A stretch of DNA of 64,000 nucleotides from a bacterium (GTDB lineage Bacteria > Chloroflexota > Dormibacteria > Aeolococcales > Aeolococcaceae). A program made the translations under genes and the position numbers. The notes under the pieces are model-generated. The model saw only the letters and a program-made list of their open reading frames with translations, was not told the origin of the DNA and ran no database searches. The DNA lies in the NCBI GenBank assembly GCA_021803465.1, contig JAJZLL010000049.1, positions 33,675-97,674 of the forward strand, given 5' to 3'. How positions within the stretch are numbered: position 1 is the first letter of the stretch; each line of letters starts with the position of its first letter. Below are positions 1 to 9,556 of this stretch, piece after piece.

Positions 1-552
1 CGCATTGGCGTTGAGAAGCATGAGTCCCATCGGCCGGCCCACAATGGTGCTCCGGCCAACGACAACTGCATTGGCTCCATCAATGCGCACGCCAGCATGT
101 CGGATGAGTTCCATGCATCCTTTGGGAGTGCACGGAGCGACAATGGGGGAACCCCCTGCTGCAAGCATGCCAAGATTCCAGGGATGGAAGCCGTCCGCAT
201 CTTTATTCGGATCTATCGCATGCATGACCGCATCCACTTCGATGTGGGCTGGAAGTGGTGTCTGGACAAGGATGCCATCCACAAGCGCATTGTCATTGAG
301 CTTTCCGATCATGACAAGAAGCTCACCCGTTGTGACTGCATCCGGGAAGCGGTGGACAGTGAGATCCACGCCAATCTCTTCTGCCCTGCGTGTCTTGTTG
401 CGGACATAGACCTCAGATGCAGGATTGCTCCCCACGAGGATCACTGCAAGCGCAGGAGGAGATCCCCGCTTCTCCCTGACTGCTGCAATCGGGCCAGCAA
501 GGGCGTCAAGCGTCTTCCTCCCGAGGACTTTTCCATCCAGAACAGTTGCCAT
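1..552 (-). CDS. folD: Bifunctional 5,10-methylene-tetrahydrofolate dehydrogenase/cyclohydrolase FolD, N-terminal ~184 aa; C-terminus lies beyond the window start
   Basis: Manual minus-strand translation gives MATVLDGKVLGRKTLDAL...PNKDADGFHPWNLGMLAAGGSPIVAPCTPKGCMELIRHAGVRIDGANAVVVGRSTIVGRPMGLMLLNANA. The GRSxIVGxPM and DADGFHP motifs are typical FolD. The ATG is at ~552. This gene is not in the supplied ORF track because it is truncated. Confidence 0.8.
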   Translation of the reverse strand, partial: MATVLDGKVLGRKTLDALAGPIAAVREKRGSPPALAVILVGSNPASEVYVRNKTRRAEEIGVDLTVHRFPDAVTTGELLVMIGKLNDNALVDGILVQTPLPAHIEVDAVMHAIDPNKDADGFHPWNLGMLAAGGSPIVAPCTPKGCMELIRHAGVRIDGANAVVVGRSTIVGRPMGLMLLNANA

Positions 553-1048
553 GTCGATCCTCCCGATACCTGCCGCATCCCGAGCCTATCACCATCAGCG
601 CAGTTCCTGTCCCGGAACATCTCCTCTGGACACGCTGCGCAATGGGGGTACACTACCCGTATGGAAAACGATCTTTGCCGGGTTTGCCTCAAGAGGCCGG
701 AGATAGCGGATGAGCGTCATGGACGCTGCGAGTCCTGCGTGAAAGCTCAGCGGATTGCCCTCCGCTTCCGCCTCGGCCCCGATGCCACAGGCCATGGTCT
801 CATCGTGAAGGCAGGCGAGCTCTCGCCACGTGCACTGAAGCAGAAGTGGCACGACACGCTTGCCTCGTTTGCTGGCACACCCACAGTGAAGCCCCACCTT
901 GGACTCCATGAGGTTGAAATCGTCACGACAAAGGACCGCATCGACACCATCAGGATCTCGCAGGACCTCGCAGGGCACCTCGATGATGTTCTTCCCCTTC
1001 TCCGCACTGCCTCAGAGCGGACTGATGGAGCCTGGTAGCCCGCCCAGA

Positions 1049-2341
1049 CTATCCGTGGAGAAGTTTCCACAAGATAGATGGACGCCCCACATTCCTTGCG
1101 GGCTGAAGAGGCACACTGCCAAGGCGTTCTGTCCCATCCTGCACTGACAGCTCTCCCACAGTGGCTCCTTTCCCTGCAGGCACTGCTTTTGGCATGTCCT
1201 GCAGCCCGACCTTGAGCGAGTCTCCCGCTATGCCCACAAGCATTCGTGAAGTGCTTCCCGTCCGGAGTGGCACTGTCTCCCAGGGCACCTTCGCCTGGGG
1301 ATCCAGCCTGACCATGATGCTGCCAAGGGACACTGTCCGGATTTCCTGGAAGATGCCATCCACTGCTTCCTTCGCAAGGAGAAACGCAGTCCCCAGTTCT
1401 GGCTGCGCAGGATATGCTGCTGCATCGGGCTTTTGTCCTAGAACTGCTCCCACCACTGTTTCCTGCTGCCCATCCACACTCCTTGTTGCAGAGAACATGA
1501 GACAGCCTCCAGCAGCACCCGTCCAGCCTGTCTTCACACCATTCCAGCCAGGAATGACCCCCAGATACTCGTTGAGGTTGGTGAGTGTACCTACGACAGG
1601 AAATGGCGTGGAGACAGTGTCCACAATGGACCTGAATGACGGAAGCGCCATGGCGTGCGTTCCAAGAACCACAAGGTCCGCAGCAGATGAGACTGTATCG
1701 GGACTGTAGCCACTGGGATCTGCGAAGTGGGTATCCTTCATGCCAAGCTTTGCAGCCGTGGCGTTCATGCGCTGCACAAATGCAGCATCTGAGCCAGACA
1801 CCCAGACTCCAAGCGTCAGGGCAAGGTTGTTCGCAGAAGGGAGCATGAGACCAAGAAGCAGCTGGCGCTCCGTGAGATGTTCACCAAGCTGAACTGGCAC
1901 ATTCGATCCGTCCTCACGGACTGTACTCGTGTAGAAGCCCACATCCCTCGATGTCATCACGAGGGTTGGACCTTCTGATGTTGCCGTAAGCGGATGCGCA
2001 GCAAGCACAAGATATGCAGTCATGACCTTCGCTACCGACCCTGTGGGAAACGGCGTGTGCGCATTCACAGCTAGAAGGGTCCGACCGTCACTGAGGGCAA
2101 CATCCTCGCTCCCTGTTGCAGCGGCTGGTATCTGCAGGGGGCTCCCTGGCAGGGTCACAGTGACGGATTGGCGGGAAACTGCATGAATCCGCGGAAGTGG
2201 AGCCGCAAGCTGATTTCCTCCTGCAATCCCAGCAGCTCCTGCAATGACAGCAACGACACCGATGGCCAAACGGGAAAGAAGGTCCCCAGAACGGGCAGCG
2301 CCCATTCCACCTGGGATCTCCTGCTGCCCATCCTCCATCAT
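1049..2341 (-). CDS. Serine-type D-alanyl-D-alanine carboxypeptidase (S11 penicillin-binding protein)
   Basis: 430-aa ORF with SxxK (SVAKVMTAY), SxN (PSANN) and KTG (VKTGWTG) motifs and an N-terminal TM/signal segment. Confidence 0.85.
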   Translation of the reverse strand: MMEDGQQEIPGGMGAARSGDLLSRLAIGVVAVIAGAAGIAGGNQLAAPLPRIHAVSRQSVTVTLPGSPLQIPAAATGSEDVALSDGRTLLAVNAHTPFPTGSVAKVMTAYLVLAAHPLTATSEGPTLVMTSRDVGFYTSTVREDGSNVPVQLGEHLTERQLLLGLMLPSANNLALTLGVWVSGSDAAFVQRMNATAAKLGMKDTHFADPSGYSPDTVSSAADLVVLGTHAMALPSFRSIVDTVSTPFPVVGTLTNLNEYLGVIPGWNGVKTGWTGAAGGCLMFSATRSVDGQQETVVGAVLGQKPDAAAYPAQPELGTAFLLAKEAVDGIFQEIRTVSLGSIMVRLDPQAKVPWETVPLRTGSTSRMLVGIAGDSLKVGLQDMPKAVPAGKGATVGELSVQDGTERLGSVPLQPARNVGRPSILWKLLHG

Positions 2342-2343
2342 TC

Positions 2344-3372
2344 TCAGGCCCGCTGCTCGAGCGGCTCACCCTTTGAGCTGAAAATGCCAATTCTCTGCTG
2401 GAGTTTCTTCAGGGAATGCTCAGCCTCGATGTACCGGACAGTGCCGGAATATGAGCGCATGACCACACTGTGTGTCCTGGCGCCACCGCCCCAGAACCGG
2501 ACGCCGTCGAGCAGCTCCCCATCCGTTATTCCCGTTGCAGCATAAAAGATGTTCTCCCCAGCACAGAGATCATCGATGGTGTACACCTTGCTGTCATTCA
2601 CACCTTCCCCAGCAGCTATGGGCTCGTCCTCCTCCCGGATCCAGAGCTTCGACTGCATTCCACCACCAATGCACTTCACTGCTGCTGCTGCAAGAACTGC
2701 TTCCGGAGCTCCACCAATACCCATGAGCACATCGATGCCCGTACGGTGCTCCATGGCTGCCATGATGCCTGCAGCAACGTCCCCATCAAGGATGAGCTTC
2801 ACCCGTGCACCCGTGCTTCGGATCTTCCCAAGCAGCTCCTCATGCCGCGGACGGTCAAGCACCACCACGGTAAGATCCTGAACGTCCCGTCCTTCCGCTC
2901 GGGCAATCCGTGCAAGATTCACCTCCACACTGTCAGTGATGTCAATGACATCCCGTGCCCTTGGGCCCACAATGATCTTCTCCATATACGGAATGTGCGT
3001 GTGGAACATCGAGCCCCGTTCCGCAAGGGCGACAGTGCTGAGACCCCCAGGCAGTCCCTGGGCGACAAGCCGAGTCCCGTCAATAGGATCGACTGCAACA
3101 TCGACATGGGGCTCATTTCCGTTCCCAACCTGCTCTCCGATGTAGAGCATTGGCGCCTTGTCCTTCTCCCCCTCGCCGATAACCACAATGCCTTCCATGT
3201 CGACATACTGGAGGCTCTTGCGCATTGCATCCACGGCTGCACCATCCGCCTGCTCTTTCTGGTTCCTTCCCATGAACCGTGCAGCAGCAAGTGCTCCCCC
3301 TTCTGTCACGCGGACAAGCTCGAGGGCTAGGTTTCTGTCAATGGGAACGCCGAGTGTGAATTCCTCGTTCAT
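2344..3372 (-). CDS. glpX: Class II fructose-1,6-bisphosphatase
   Basis: 342-aa ORF with GlpX-like sequence throughout (DAVRKSLQYVDMEGIVVIGEGEKD..., VAVDPIDGT, C-terminal GGGARTHS). Confidence 0.9.
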   Translation of the reverse strand: MNEEFTLGVPIDRNLALELVRVTEGGALAAARFMGRNQKEQADGAAVDAMRKSLQYVDMEGIVVIGEGEKDKAPMLYIGEQVGNGNEPHVDVAVDPIDGTRLVAQGLPGGLSTVALAERGSMFHTHIPYMEKIIVGPRARDVIDITDSVEVNLARIARAEGRDVQDLTVVVLDRPRHEELLGKIRSTGARVKLILDGDVAAGIMAAMEHRTGIDVLMGIGGAPEAVLAAAAVKCIGGGMQSKLWIREEDEPIAAGEGVNDSKVYTIDDLCAGENIFYAATGITDGELLDGVRFWGGGARTHSVVMRSYSGTVRYIEAEHSLKKLQQRIGIFSSKGEPLEQRA

Positions 3373-3502
3373 GGCTACTCCTGTGTCCGCTGCATGCTGT
3401 GCATTGCCGGTAACGGATGCAGTATATACCGGGGGGACAATTCCCCGTAGCGGGCTGCCCTTTTCTCCACGGGCTCAGCTGCGGTTTGCTCCACCAGGAC
3501 TC

Positions 3503-3766
3503 TCATTTTTCACTCTCATCACGCGCATTCTGCGGGGAACGTGTCTTCCAGTAGGGTGTTTCCGTGTGCTCAACTGTCACAGTAAGCCCCTTTTCCCCTC
3601 CAAACGCGAGAGCTGGCAGGAGATGGTTGAGCACCTGCTCCGCAGTCGCCCGGAACACGTTCCCGGCTGAGGAAACCTTGAGCCAACCGTGCTCATCCCG
3701 GTAGTACAGCTCTGTCATGCGTCTTGCAGCCAGCCGTATGCAGTACGTATCGTTCGACATCTTCAT
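3503..3766 (-). CDS. Small hypothetical protein (~87 aa from an internal Met)
   Basis: ORF 3503..3844 has protein-like composition from MKMSNDTYCIRLAARRMTELYYRDEHGW... No recognised motif. Confidence 0.3.
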   Translation of the reverse strand: MKMSNDTYCIRLAARRMTELYYRDEHGWLKVSSAGNVFRATAEQVLNHLLPALAFGGEKGLTVTVEHTETPYWKTRSPQNARDESEK

Positions 3767-4015
3767 GTTCCGTCTCCTGGCATCGTTCCTTCCCGGCCTG
3801 GAGCTCCCTCTGCGCTCTTGGGACAATGCTCTGGCCCTCAGCATGATACATGGGCGGAGAAGGCATGTCCTCCGGAAGCATGCGCTCCCACACTGCGTTG
3901 TGCAGTGGCGTTACTGGCTTGCATACCCACTCTGCACGATCCCGCAACACATTGCAGCTTCTCTGGGATAATGACAGTGCATTTGCCACCACACAACCCT
4001 TGCTTAAGGCTCCAC

Positions 4016-5266
4016 ATGATCTTTCTCACAGACTTTCTCCGCGCTGATATCGTTGATATCAATCAGCAGCGTGCAGGAACGGTGAAGGATCTCATTGTCC
4101 GCATGCGCGAACCGTACCCCATTGTCACTGCGTTTGCCATTCGCGGTGGAAAGCACCTGCCACGGACAATCGACTGGGGTGCCGTACGAGCTGGTGAAAA
4201 CAATGAGCTCAGCCTCAATGTGCCAACTACTGCACTCCGCGAGTATCCACGGGCCAGCTCAGAGACGTGGCTCTCAAGGGACATCCTGGACCGGCAGATC
4301 GTCGACACGGATGGACGCCGCGTTGTCAGAGTCAATGATCTCCAGCTCCAGGTGGTCAATGGATCCCTGGTCCTCATCGGTGTCGACATTGGCACGCGCG
4401 GACTGCTCCGGCGTCTTGGCCTTGAGTCAACTGGAAGAAGACTGACTCGCGTGTTCCACCGGAACTTTCCCCACAAGATCATCTCGTGGGACGTTGTCGA
4501 CCCTGTGCGAAGCGACCAGTCATCCGTGAAGCTCCGCATCTCCCACCGCAAGCTTGGGAAGATGCATCCTGCGGACATTGCGGAGATCGTGAGCCAGCTC
4601 GGATCCACGGACCGGGCCGCAATCATCCAGGGCCTCGATGCGGAGACTGCTGCAGAGACGCTTGAGGAGACGAGTGACGAGATCCAGGCACAGATTCTCG
4701 CCACTCTCGACGACGAGCAGACAGCAGACATCCTCGAAGCGATGTCCCCAGATGAGGCAGCAGACTTCCTTGGAGATCTTCCGGAAGACCGGCGCGAAGA
4801 GCTCATCGCAAAGATGGAGCAGGAAGAGGCGGAAGATGTCACGGAACTTCTCACGTACGAGGACAACACTGCAGGCGGCCTCATGACCACAGAGTACGTC
4901 TCCGTTCCAAGCACACTCACTGCCGAGGAGACGATTGCGGAGATCCGTCTCCGTGCCCCAAGTGCAGAATCCATCTACTACGTCTATGTCATCGACGAGA
5001 TGGAACACCTGCTCGGTGTCCTGAGCCTCAGGGACCTCATTGTCGCTGCGCAGGACACGCCGATCACCTCCCTCATGATTGAGCGGGTAGTGGCCGTTCC
5101 AACTGACGCTGAGCCCGAGGATGTTGCAGCTGTCATCGCAAAATACAATCTCCTTGCCATCCCTGTCGTCGATGAGGAGGACCGCATCCAGGGAATCGTG
5201 ACGATCGACGATGCCATGGACACTGTCATGCCTCAGGGCATGCGCAGAAGGGCAAGGCTCTTGTGA
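4016..5266 (+). CDS. Soluble MgtE-like regulatory protein: PRC-barrel-like N-region, MgtE N-domain and tandem CBS domains, no membrane domain
   Basis: The first 109 codons of ORF 3689..5266 are Cys/Pro-rich junk. The plausible start is ATG 4016 (MIFLTDFL...). The MgtE_N-like acidic helical region (HPADIAEIVSQLGSTDRAAIIQGLDAETAAETLEE...) is followed by two CBS-like segments. The ORF stops with no TM helices. Confidence 0.75.
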   Translation: MIFLTDFLRADIVDINQQRAGTVKDLIVRMREPYPIVTAFAIRGGKHLPRTIDWGAVRAGENNELSLNVPTTALREYPRASSETWLSRDILDRQIVDTDGRRVVRVNDLQLQVVNGSLVLIGVDIGTRGLLRRLGLESTGRRLTRVFHRNFPHKIISWDVVDPVRSDQSSVKLRISHRKLGKMHPADIAEIVSQLGSTDRAAIIQGLDAETAAETLEETSDEIQAQILATLDDEQTADILEAMSPDEAADFLGDLPEDRREELIAKMEQEEAEDVTELLTYEDNTAGGLMTTEYVSVPSTLTAEETIAEIRLRAPSAESIYYVYVIDEMEHLLGVLSLRDLIVAAQDTPITSLMIERVVAVPTDAEPEDVAAVIAKYNLLAIPVVDEEDRIQGIVTIDDAMDTVMPQGMRRRARLL

Positions 5267-6615
5267 CAGGGCGGAAGGAGGCGGACAGCACTTCCCGGCG
5301 GCCAGCATCTTCCCTTCATCAGAAGGTCGTATCCCTCAGGGACCGTTCTCCCGCCCAGGGAATGGGGCGGAAACGGTTCACTCCAGGTCCAGTGCTCAGG
5401 TTTCTTGCAATTGTTGGACCAGGCATCATCATTGCGAATGCGGGAAACGATGCTGGTGGCGTTTTCACCTACAGCAACATCGGTGCGAAATACGGATATT
5501 CCCTGCTCTGGACATTCATCCCCATCACCATTTCGCTCGTGGTTGTGCAGGAAATGGTGGGACGGCTGGGATGCGTTACGGGAAAGGGACTCATGGATCT
5601 CATCCGTGAGCGCTTCGGTGTCAGGTGGACGCTGCTCGTATCCATAGTCGTCATCGTTGCCAATGGGGGAACGCTCCTTGCGGAATTCGCAGGTGTTGCT
5701 GGAGCCCTCGGTCTTCTCGGCATTCCAAAAACACTGGCCATTCTCAGTGCAGCGCTTCTCATCGCAATCATTGTCATGCGGGGAAACCGCCAGCTCGTGG
5801 AACGCATATTCCTTGCGCTCGGCCTGGCATTCTTCAGCTATTTCATCACTGCGTTTCTTGTACCCACACAATGGAAAACGGTTGGTCACTCCTTCCTTGT
5901 CCCTTCGCTATCCCATCCAGGGGTTGCTGGAGGAGCATTCCTCATTGATGTCATTGCACTCATCGGCACAACAATCACGCCGTACATGCAGCTGTACCTT
6001 CAGTCGTCAATCGTGGACAAGGGTTCATCCAGGGGGGATCTGCCGTATGTGCGCGCGGACATCATCTCCGGAGCAGCGTTCAGCAACATCGTGTCCGTAT
6101 TCATCGTCATCACGACTGCAGCAACGCTCTTCAACCATGGACTCGCAGGGATCGGCATCACGAGCACCAGCTCTGCCGCACGCGCACTGACACCACTTGT
6201 AGGCATCCATGCCCAGCAGCTCTTCGCAGTGGGACTTCTTGGCGCATCCCTCCTTGCTGCAGCAGTGCTCCCGCTGAGCACTGCCTTTGTCGTGTGCGAG
6301 GCGTTTGGCGCCGAACGGAGTGTGCAGCGAAAGTTCAGTGAGGCGCCCCTGTTCTTCATGCTCTTTCTTGGACTCATCATCATCACGGCTGGTGTGATGC
6401 TTGTCCCGCACATCTCCATTACTGGAGTCGCAATTGGCACACAGACACTCGACGGCGTGCTTCTCCCTGTGCTCCTCGTCTTCATCTTCATCCTTGCGAA
6501 TGACCGTGCGCTGCTGGGAAAGTACCGGAACTCCCTCCTGCTCAACATCATCTCCTTCATCACCATCATTGCCCTCATCGGCCTAGATGTCGTGCTCCTG
6601 ATGAACTCCCTGTAG
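5263..6615 (+). CDS. NRAMP/SLC11-family transporter of the NRMT (Nramp-related Mg2+ transporter) type
   Basis: 450-aa polytopic protein. TM1 reads GPGIIIANAGNDAGGVF, so canonical DPGN is DAGG. TM6 reads IGTTITPYMQLYL, so canonical A..MPH is T..TPY (Met lost). Alternative start at 5362. 4-nt overlap with the upstream MgtE-like gene. Confidence 0.85.
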   Translation: MTGRKEADSTSRRPASSLHQKVVSLRDRSPAQGMGRKRFTPGPVLRFLAIVGPGIIIANAGNDAGGVFTYSNIGAKYGYSLLWTFIPITISLVVVQEMVGRLGCVTGKGLMDLIRERFGVRWTLLVSIVVIVANGGTLLAEFAGVAGALGLLGIPKTLAILSAALLIAIIVMRGNRQLVERIFLALGLAFFSYFITAFLVPTQWKTVGHSFLVPSLSHPGVAGGAFLIDVIALIGTTITPYMQLYLQSSIVDKGSSRGDLPYVRADIISGAAFSNIVSVFIVITTAATLFNHGLAGIGITSTSSAARALTPLVGIHAQQLFAVGLLGASLLAAAVLPLSTAFVVCEAFGAERSVQRKFSEAPLFFMLFLGLIIITAGVMLVPHISITGVAIGTQTLDGVLLPVLLVFIFILANDRALLGKYRNSLLLNIISFITIIALIGLDVVLLMNSL

Positions 6616-6617
6616 TC

Positions 6618-6651
6618 GCACTCCTGCGACAGACTGCTGTCGCAGGAGTGC
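6618..6651 (+). terminator. Perfect 14-15-bp stem / 4-nt loop hairpin immediately after the NRAMP stop codon (no U-tract)
   Basis: gcactcctgcgacag-actg-ctgtcgcaggagtgc read directly from the sequence. Confidence 0.45.
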
Positions 6652-6686
6652 AGCATGCTCCTCCCATACACACGGAGGACATGCAC

Positions 6687-7517
6687 ATGAGCGCCACTGC
6701 TGAGACTGACATCACCGAAAATGCCTTTTCCCGCCTGACAGCAGGCATCCTCAACCTTTGCACCACTGACCGGTGGATGGAGTGGCTGACGATGGTGAAC
6801 CGCTTCCGCTCCTACAGCGCCCGCAACATCCTCCTCATTGCCTCGCAACGCCCTGAGGCGACACGGGTAGCGAGCTACTCCACCTGGAAGCGCCTTGGCC
6901 GTCAGGTGAGGAAGGGGGAGAAGGCGCTGTACATCGTTGCTCCCCTCCGACCCTCCTCCGAGGAAGGGGAAGACACGGTTCCCTTCGGTTTCCGGTACGT
7001 TCCGGTCTTCGACCTCGCTCAGACGGAGGGAGATGACCTTCCGAGTCCGTGTGAAGTTGTTGCAGCCCAAATCGACAGAAGCACCATCGAGGATGCGTGC
7101 CGCATTGCAGCATCTCTCGGCTTTGCCGTCACCTTCCAGGAACTTGGCAGAGACACGCATGGTGTATGCAGGCCCGCAGCGAAAGCGATCGAGATCAATG
7201 CAGGGGATCCTGAGGGACAGCAGCTCAAGTCCCTCATCCATGAAATCTCCCATGCCATGCTCCATGCTTCCTGTCCGGACAGGACGCGTGCGGAAATCGA
7301 GGCGGAGTCCATAGCCTACATTGTCATGAACCATCTTGGCATTGACAGCAGCCAGTACAGCTTCGGCTATGTCGCAACTTGGGGAAAAGGCGGAAACTCA
7401 GCACTTGAGGTGCTCCGCAAGTCTGCCACCACAATCCGGACGACAGCACTATTCCTCTGTGACCAGTTCGACAGGGGCGCTTCCCTGAGGATCGGACGGA
7501 GCGCGACCTGCGCGTGA
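6687..7517 (+). CDS. ArdC-like antirestriction protein: N-terminal ssDNA-binding DUF1738/ArdC_N domain plus C-terminal zincin metallopeptidase-like domain
   Basis: SYSARNILLIASQRPEATRVASYSTWKRLGRQVRKGEKALYIVAP matches the ArdC N-domain pattern. HExxH motif LIHEISHAMLH lies in the C-terminal half. GGAGG sits 8 nt upstream of ATG 6687 (track start 6648 is a GTG). Confidence 0.65.
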   Translation: MSATAETDITENAFSRLTAGILNLCTTDRWMEWLTMVNRFRSYSARNILLIASQRPEATRVASYSTWKRLGRQVRKGEKALYIVAPLRPSSEEGEDTVPFGFRYVPVFDLAQTEGDDLPSPCEVVAAQIDRSTIEDACRIAASLGFAVTFQELGRDTHGVCRPAAKAIEINAGDPEGQQLKSLIHEISHAMLHASCPDRTRAEIEAESIAYIVMNHLGIDSSQYSFGYVATWGKGGNSALEVLRKSATTIRTTALFLCDQFDRGASLRIGRSATCA

Positions 7518-8378
7518 GCCGTCCCGGAGCTGGTGCACGCCGAAGGCGGAGATAGCGTCGGCAGCACAGAGAAGACCCGCCTCAAGGGCAGCATCGAATG
7601 CCACCGCATGGGCGTCCCCATGCGTGGCAAGCGTTCCAAGGAATCCGCCAGCAAGCGCATCTCCAGCCCCAGTGGGATCGATGACGACATCAACAGGGGC
7701 TGCGGGCTTGCGGAGTGCCCGGTCCCTCGTGATGAGGGCTGCACCCTCTGGACCAAGCTTCACCACCACAGCACGGAGTCGGGGCGCTTCTGCAAGGAAT
7801 GCGCCAGTCCTCTCTTCCCACGCGTCTTCAGGACACTGCAGAAGCGCACTGATCTCATGAATGTTGAGGAACAGGATGTCCGCACGATGGATGACGGAAT
7901 GGACAAGCTCCTGCTCTGATCTGATGAATTCCTCCATGCTGTCAATTCCGATGACAGCGGGACTCTGCACCTGGTCGAGGATCGCGCGCTGCAGATGCGG
8001 ATTCATGCTCCCGATGAAGAGGACATCCGCACTGCGGGCAGCTTCTGAAAGCACAGGCTTCCAGGCAGCATACGCACCGTATTCCGCATGTTCGTCCCTC
8101 GTTCGCCAGATGGAGAAGTCATGGGTCGCATGCCAGCGGTAGGACGGCAGATCGGACACCTCAAGATCTCCAAGATCCACTCTGTGTGAGGAAAGAGTGT
8201 TCCTCACAGAATCCTCTCCGTCCTTTCCCACAATGCCCACGAGATGGACTGGGACAAACCGCGATGCGGCAAGGGAGCAGTACACTGCCGATCCACCCTG
8301 CTGTCCTGTGCGGTGTCCATGTGGTGTGCGTACCTCATCCAGGGCAACAGAGCCGACAACTGTCATGCGCCAGGTCAT
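7449..8378 (-). CDS. PfkB-family carbohydrate/ribokinase-like kinase
   Basis: DPTGAGDALAGGFLG signature near the C-terminus and an N-terminal GG-containing sugar-binding region. Confidence 0.8.
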   Translation of the reverse strand: MTWRMTVVGSVALDEVRTPHGHRTGQQGGSAVYCSLAASRFVPVHLVGIVGKDGEDSVRNTLSSHRVDLGDLEVSDLPSYRWHATHDFSIWRTRDEHAEYGAYAAWKPVLSEAARSADVLFIGSMNPHLQRAILDQVQSPAVIGIDSMEEFIRSEQELVHSVIHRADILFLNIHEISALLQCPEDAWEERTGAFLAEAPRLRAVVVKLGPEGAALITRDRALRKPAAPVDVVIDPTGAGDALAGGFLGTLATHGDAHAVAFDAALEAGLLCAADAISAFGVHQLRDGSRAGRAPSDPQGSAPVELVTEE

Positions 8379-8387
8379 TCCTCTCCC

Positions 8388-8807
8388 CTACCCCAGCACA
8401 GACGGACGGTTCTGGAGAGGAAGCTGGATGATGGTCCCCCGTGTTCCATGTTCCCGCTCCTCAATTGACCGGCTCATGAGTGCCTGCTGCACAAGAAAGA
8501 GGACGTTTCCCACATTCTCCACGCTCCGCTCCCTGCCAAGTGTCGCAAGGAACGTGCGGTCCGTTCTCCAGAGAAACTGTGCAACTGCATCCCACAGCCA
8601 CCGTGGAAGGAGGCTGTGACCACGCACCCTGAACTCCTCCACTACAGCAACAAGATCATCCGACTCGCGGAGTGCACGCCGAGTGCGGCCAATGCGTGAA
8701 CGCCGGAAAAGTGCCTCATGCTCGATTGCCTGCTGCTCAGCTATGGTCGCTGCGAGGTTGTGTTCTGTCACCTGGGATTCTCTGCTCCGTGTCTGGCGGT
8801 GCTGCAC
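8388..8807 (-). CDS. Hypothetical protein
   Basis: 139-aa ORF with protein-like composition, same strand as its neighbours, no motif recognised. Confidence 0.35.
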   Translation of the reverse strand: MQHRQTRSRESQVTEHNLAATIAEQQAIEHEALFRRSRIGRTRRALRESDDLVAVVEEFRVRGHSLLPRWLWDAVAQFLWRTDRTFLATLGRERSVENVGNVLFLVQQALMSRSIEEREHGTRGTIIQLPLQNRPSVLG

Positions 8808-8823
8808 TACTCAGTAGTACACG

Positions 8824-9429
8824 CTACTTCTGGGGAAAATACAAGCACTTCCACATGCCATCTTCAGCAACGACATGCACTGTCTTGCTCATGCGATGGA
8901 CTGTACCCTTGAGCGCAAACGCATACTCCACACGGAGCTCCGCCACATGCTCAAACGCAGCGCCATGAGCTGCATCCTCCCACGACTCAAGAAACTGGCA
9001 TTCACGCACTGCCATCGCAGATACCCTCGTAAGTCCCTGCTGTTCGAGTGACTGGGCGAACTCTCGTGATGAGCTCCATGCTGAGCGGCACTCCTTGGCA
9101 AGAAGAGCAAACGCACGTTCAAACTGCGAGACTTTCAGCAGTTCCATGAACAGGGTTTCCACAAACGCAGGATTGGCATTTGGCCAGGGCTTCCCATCAT
9201 CGGGCTTCGCACGGAGCGCTGTTCTCCACACCCGGTCAAGCGTCGTTGACTGCGCCACACCCTGGACTTCAGTCTCCGACGGTCCATCGAACCGCTCCTC
9301 GACCTGCCATCCAGACTCTGCCGGAACATCAAGCTCCACGCGTTCTCCATCAAACACATCGTCCTCTTCTCCGACAATTGCATGGCGGAGCGAGGAACCC
9401 AGACGTCGAAGCAGCGAATCTGTCGGCAT
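8824..9429 (-). CDS. Hypothetical protein
   Basis: 201-aa acidic ORF, no motif recognised. In a different frame from 8388..8807, so either two genes or one frameshifted gene. Confidence 0.4.
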   Translation of the reverse strand: MPTDSLLRRLGSSLRHAIVGEEDDVFDGERVELDVPAESGWQVEERFDGPSETEVQGVAQSTTLDRVWRTALRAKPDDGKPWPNANPAFVETLFMELLKVSQFERAFALLAKECRSAWSSSREFAQSLEQQGLTRVSAMAVRECQFLESWEDAAHGAAFEHVAELRVEYAFALKGTVHRMSKTVHVVAEDGMWKCLYFPQK

Positions 9430-9556
9430 CGATCATCCCCTCATCACACGAAGTTCTGTGGTGTACGGGCCTGCAACCACAGTGCAGGCGTTCATCTCAC
9501 AAGTGTACGATGCTTGGTTCTTCCAATGCACCCCCCAAAATCTGTAGGATGGTTGC

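Noticed and set aside
97-1038. 313-aa plus-strand ORF at the window start (Cys/His/Arg-rich)
   Set aside because: Composition is typical of an antisense or out-of-frame artefact. The minus strand over 1-552 gives a clean FolD translation instead.
4063-4974. 303-aa minus-strand ORF inside the MgtE-like gene
   Set aside because: Ser/Arg-rich antisense ORF. The plus-strand frame carries the MgtE_N/CBS signatures.
6000-7334. 444-aa minus-strand ORF spanning the NRAMP and ArdC-like genes
   Set aside because: Overlaps two well-supported plus-strand genes and crosses an intergenic hairpin. Composition artefactual.
7449-7517. 69-nt convergent overlap of the ArdC-like and pfkB 3' ends, a possible sign of a frameshift or mis-call
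   Set aside because: Both ORFs carry their family motifs well upstream of the overlap, and both stops are fixed. Probably genuine overlapping tails, though a sequencing-error check is reasonable.
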